DNA of 64,000 nt from Octopus vulgaris (lineage: Eukaryota). Of this stretch, positions 59,306 through 64,000 are shown piece by piece (the first letter of the stretch is position 1; the number at the start of each line of letters is the position of its first letter). Under the pieces are notes generated by a model. It was not told the DNA's origin. It searched no databases and saw only the letters and a program-made list of their open reading frames with translations. The stretch spans positions 12,524,001 through 12,588,000 of the forward strand of contig OX597822.1 in the NCBI GenBank assembly GCA_951406725.2. The letters run 5' to 3'. The translations under genes and the position numbers were made by a program.

Positions 59306-59469
59306 GATAAAGCAAATGAAATATGAGAATTAAGCCAAAGCCAAACATACAAATACTTACGATGGAATTTATTTCGACTTCGTCATAGATACCCATAGGG
59401 TCACTGATCAGAAGTTTATTCTGCCCTCACACTGTAGCGGCATATGTAGAGTGACTAAATGCTCATCGT

Positions 59470-59940
59470 TGCTACCGGTGGAGTATCCAGCATCAACATC
59501 CTCACCCTCGTCATCATCAACGTCGTCCTTGACAGCGTTATCTTCGTCCCCGTCATCATCATGTTCCTCATCATCATCATCATCATCACCATCATCATCA
59601 TCACCACCACCACCACCATCATCATGATCATCATGATCATCATCATCACCACCACCACTACCATCACCATCATCATCATCATCATCGTCGTCGTCGTCGT
59701 CATCATCGTCGTCATCATCATCATCGTCATCATCATCGTCATCATCATCATCATCATCATCATCATCACCACCACCACCATCATCATGATCATCATGACC
59801 ATCATCATCACCACCACCACCACCACCACCACCACTACCACACCATCATCATCATCATCATCATCATCATCGTCGTCGTCGTCATCATCGTCGTCATCAT
59901 CATCATCATCATCATCCTCATCATCATCATCATCATCACT
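59470..59940. repeat. (ATC/ACC/GTC)n compound trinucleotide repeat
   Basis: Direct reading. Confidence 0.95.
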
Positions 59941-61029
59941 ATTATCTTTGCGATTTTTCTTCTGTTCAACGATAAAAAAGTCAATATTTCTCTCTTCCAT
60001 AATGTTTCAAGTTTGTCGATTTATTACTTGTTTTGAATATTAAGACATGAATATTTATAAACTTATGTTCCATAACCTACCTTTCTACACTTTCGATATA
60101 AAATAGTAACTGTTAATATCTAATTTATGTATACCGAATGTGATGTTATGCACACTATTTCTAACACACTGCTGGCTATATTTCAAGCATTATATAAGAT
60201 TTACTAGCTTGATTCCAAGTCTTAATTCTTCCTGAAAACTTGACTCGTCTCGTATTTATTTATTATTATTGATTTTCATATAACTACACTGTCTTATTAA
60301 CTTTATTGTAAGATCGTCTTTTACTATAAGCTCTTCGAGAATGTGTAATTTTCCACTAGTACTAGTCAAGCGTTAATTATATATTTCTATTTAATTACTT
60401 TTCGTCAGTTCATAAATATAATCTACTTATGGCCAGAACAATTCAGTTTCTCACTATTTTATACTATTTTAGATGAAACAGTAAATTTGATATTCATCTC
60501 TATGAGTAAATAGATTACAATTGTATTAACGTATACCTTCTATCATACCAGTATTTTTATTGCAATCATTATTCTAGTAAATTCATACGGCAATAATTCT
60601 AGTTGCAGCTTTATCTACACTTTTGTTATTTATACAAGCAGAAACACCGCCTTTCCGAGTGGTTTTCTGCAACAGTATGACGAAATCATAAATTGTAATG
60701 CGGAAACAAATAGCAGAGTATATGTGTTCTGTTGTTGTATTGCAATCAACATGTTAAACGAAATCAATATCTCACCAAAATAAAGGCAATTTCGACGTAG
60801 GCTCAGAAAACAAGTCAGGTGTGTATATAATCAAAGGGACATGGCATATAGATTTGTCTATAAAAGAATGAAAAAATGTTCTTGTATTTTTATATATTAA
60901 ATACACATAGCGTATACATTAAAAAAATACACAAATATTCTAAAATAATCTTTAAAAAAAAGACGTAATTATGAAGGAACTTTATTATTTCTATATCTCT
61001 CAACGAGAGACAGTAACATTACTTTAAAC

Positions 61030-61185
61030 TAAAGATTACTTGCCAACATAATGTAGCAGTCCCGGTTGAGATGAATGTTACTGTTGTTTAGCCCCAGGAA
61101 ACATCGTCCATGCTTCCTGGGGCTAAAACCACAGTAACATTCATGCCAGCCGGGACTACCACATTATGCTGGCAAATAATCTTTA
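61030..61185. repeat. Foldback element, ~70-bp imperfect arms
   Basis: taaagatta.ttgcca.cataatgt..tttagccccaggaa / ttcctggggctaaa..acattatgctggcaaataatcttta. Confidence 0.85.
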
Positions 61186-61755
61186 CCTTATCATAATTAT
61201 ATTTTTATCACTTGCCTTATTGTAGTAAATCTATCTCGCAATAATTTTGACCGTAGCCTTATCTATACATTTATAATTTGTATATTTTAACATACATTTT
61301 TACTAACATTTAGTAATATGCAGTAAGTACTCCATGATATAGCTCAATAATCCTAGCACTTGTTTTCTGAATTTTACTGCAGGTTTCATAAAACTAAATT
61401 CTTAATTCCGTTACTCACATCATTATTCGAATCCCTATTCTATAAATTCACGACTACTTCCTGACTGCCAAACTCTCGCTCAGTTTTAATCAACCGTGTT
61501 TGGACAAATAGCCATTATTTACTTACATATCCGGTTGAAAACTTCTTAATAATCTAAATATTTTCCAATCCAGTTCTGAAGGTATCGAAGTAACACTACA
61601 TTGGGTGCAAATGTCTTCTCTTTTCATATTTCTTTAGCTCACACTTTCACACACACACACACACACACACACAAATATTTCTCCGGTGTATTTTTATCTA
61701 CAGAGGACTTAAGAAGTATTACACTGGATTAATATAATTTATTATCGCCTCTTTG

Positions 61756-61813
<58 letters not shown>

Positions 61814-62022
61814 AAATGGAAAGATGAATTTTCTTGTTACAGATTATTCAAAAGTTTAACCGATACCTGGGTAGCAAAAATCACAGCAGAAGAAAACACG
61901 GTTGGAGATAAGACCATTTGGTGTTGCAACCGTGCGTTGGTGCGGATAATTGAAGTTTAATATAATTAGTGAATGGAAGAAATGGAGTTGAACGAAGATT
62001 GTACAGAATTCCTTTTATTACA

Positions 62023-62102
62023 TTCTACACATGTTTCAAAGGCCACAATTTCCCAAATTCTGATTAAATAAGGATACCATATTGCAGCTTTCTCTTCAGG
62101 AA
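62023..62102 (-). ncRNA. Type I hammerhead motif, mirror copy
   Basis: Reverse complement of 62311-62390. Confidence 0.6.
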
Positions 62103-62310
62103 AAACCAGGAATTACGTGGACAGAACAAAACAAAACAGAGGCGCAGCAAAGCAATTCGAACGAGGACGCTCCTTAAGAGCCCATGGTTAAACTGTTTAT
62201 CAATGTACTTTGATAAACAGTTTAACCATGGGCTCTTAAGGAGCGTCCTCGTTCGAATTGCTTTGCTGCGCCTCTGTTTTGTTTTGTTCTGTCCACGTAA
62301 TTCCTGCTTT

Positions 62311-62390
62311 TTCCTGAAGAGAAAGCTGCAATATGGTATCCTTATTTAATCAGAATTTAGAAAATTGTGGCATTTGAAACATGTGTAGAA
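62311..62390 (+). ncRNA. Type I hammerhead motif with extended stem II
   Basis: ttc-CTGAAGA-gaaagctgcaat..attgtggcattt-GAAA-catgtg-TA-gaa. Confidence 0.6.
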
Positions 62391-62443
62391 TGTAATAAAA
62401 GGAATTCTGTACAATCTTCGTTCAACTCCATTTCTTCCATTCA

Positions 62444-62504
<61 letters not shown>

Positions 62505-63375
62505 TTAAGGGTTTAAAATTTAGAAATAGCAGTCAAAACAGCCAGTTCTTTTAACTGCAGGTTTCTTGCAGCTTCTCGAAGCTACTTGATGAAATTTGTT
62601 AATTATTAAATAAATAACTTTTTACTCTATATCTAATATACATATATATATATACGTGTAGTATATGGGTGTGTGTTTTTCTCCCTTTGAATACACAAAT
62701 ATATGCATACAAATGTGTTCCTCTCCTCCGATATAAAACCTGAAGTTCTCCTTGGTTACTGGTCATCTCGCTTCCGTCTATTACGAGGAACTAAAGGCAG
62801 TGACTCATCAGAGAGTGACAATCGTGTTGCGCAAGTGTTTATTACTATATTCCAATGATGGTCTCCTCATTTCTCATCCCATCTCCTCAAAGTCCCATGG
62901 CAATGTAAGTGGGCTGCATGTGCAGGCCACAACTGTAGGAAGCGCATCGTAAGTTACACCCTTCCTCTGTTACCTCTGCTTCAAGCTACGGAGATCTGCA
63001 ACGAAGCCGTGTTGTCATCACAGGGATCATGGATGGGAAGTCAAAAGTGGCATTGACTACGCGGAAGCACAAGGAGAGGGAAATCTTGTGTGAAGATTTA
63101 CCAATCACGATGCATACCATGTACATATGAATACATGTATGAACGTATATGTGCTTGTGTGCTTGTTTGTGTGTGTGTGTGTGTGTGTATGTGTGTGTGT
63201 ATGTGTTGCGTGTGTGTGTGTGTGTGCGCGCGTTTGAGTGTGTGTGTATACATACATATATTTAGTTGGAATTTACAAAAAAAAAGAAAAAAGAAACAAA
63301 CAAAACAAAAGACGAAGGCAAGTGTGTTAACAAGATACAGATGTATTAGTTTAACGCTCGGGAAGGTGAGAATGT

Positions 63376-63411
63376 CTTTTACGTTTCGAGCCTACGCTCT
63401 TCAACAGAAAG
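63376..63411 (-). ncRNA. Minimal hammerhead-like motif (A6U variant)
   Basis: cttt-CTGTTGA-a-gagc gtag gctc-GAAA-cg-TA-aaag. Confidence 0.55.
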
Positions 63412-63559
63412 GAACGCGGAAATAAATAGGGAGAGAAAATAAAAAAGCTTTAGTGGATAGCGATCTATCATGGCAAATGCTGGACCATACATATGTATAC
63501 ACATATGCACACATGTATGTATGTATGTATGTATGTATGTATGTATGTATGTACATGAG

Positions 63560-63860
63560 CAGTGATTGTACTTAATGGTTAAAGGAGCAGAGAGGACGGT
63601 AGTTTGTCAAAACGGTGTCCCATGTGATATATTTTCAAGGAAACTGAAGGTGGAGAAGCAAGCGGTGTCCTCAAATGAATTTATTGAATGGTGGGTGAAA
63701 GTTGCGGAAATGGCAAGAGTGGTTAGTACCTATGAGTCGGAGAAAAGGAGTTGGAGAGGGCACTTGACCGACCGGGCTGTTTAGGGAAATCTTGGAGAGT
63801 GGGGGTACCTCCATTATCCCTAGAGGTCATCTTGTATCAGGAGGATTACACCTCAATCAT
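63560..63860 (+). mobile_element. Possible L1/Tx1-like LINE extreme C-terminus and 3'UTR
   Basis: RKLKVEK..SSNEFIEWWV pattern resembles Tx1-type ORF2 ends; no catalytic motif seen. Confidence 0.35.
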
Positions 63861-64000
63861 TCCCCACATTTTCTTGTATATTATGAATATTATTGTTGTT
63901 GTTGATGTTATTGTTTTAGTAGTAGTAGTAGTAGTTGTAGTTGTTGTCATCATCGTTGTCGTCGTCATCGTCCTCCTTCTCTTCCTCCTCCTCATCATCA

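Larger units (their letters stand above)
61808..62448. mobile_element. PLE terminus palindrome between (TA)n: 239-bp arms (61965-62203 / 62210-62448)
   Basis: Near-perfect inverted repeat with 6-nt spacer; left extension homologous to PLE tail 2980-3150. Confidence 0.9.

Overview
AT-rich eukaryotic (animal) non-coding DNA. The (TA)n/(CA)n/(AAT)n microsatellite load and the SINE families look like a coleoid cephalopod (Octopus-type) genome; this is an inference. No host protein-coding gene can be called with confidence, only weak minus-strand exon candidates at about 28.8, 29.2 and 39.5 kb. Almost all ORFs in the supplied track are microsatellite artefacts. The real content is mobile DNA: a decayed Penelope-like element (PLE; RT + GIY-YIG, 230-3150), a second PLE 3' half, a CR1/L2-group LINE with an open 643-aa RT frame, a near full-length decayed RTE LINE, R4/Dong RLE-LINE pieces in (TAA)n tracts, mariner and DD41D transposon relics, a non-autonomous Helitron and many tRNA-headed SINEs. 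Two hidden signals stand out. (1) About a dozen hammerhead-ribozyme motifs, hand-folded, from several distinct PLE-terminus families sit in inverted or direct repeats next to (TA)n. They show recurrent core variants (U3-A8, A6U, mismatched 10.1-11.1) and palindromic stem III. (2) A full-length U6 snRNA copy is fused to a LINE/SINE-type 3' tail and bracketed by a ~250-bp inverted repeat.
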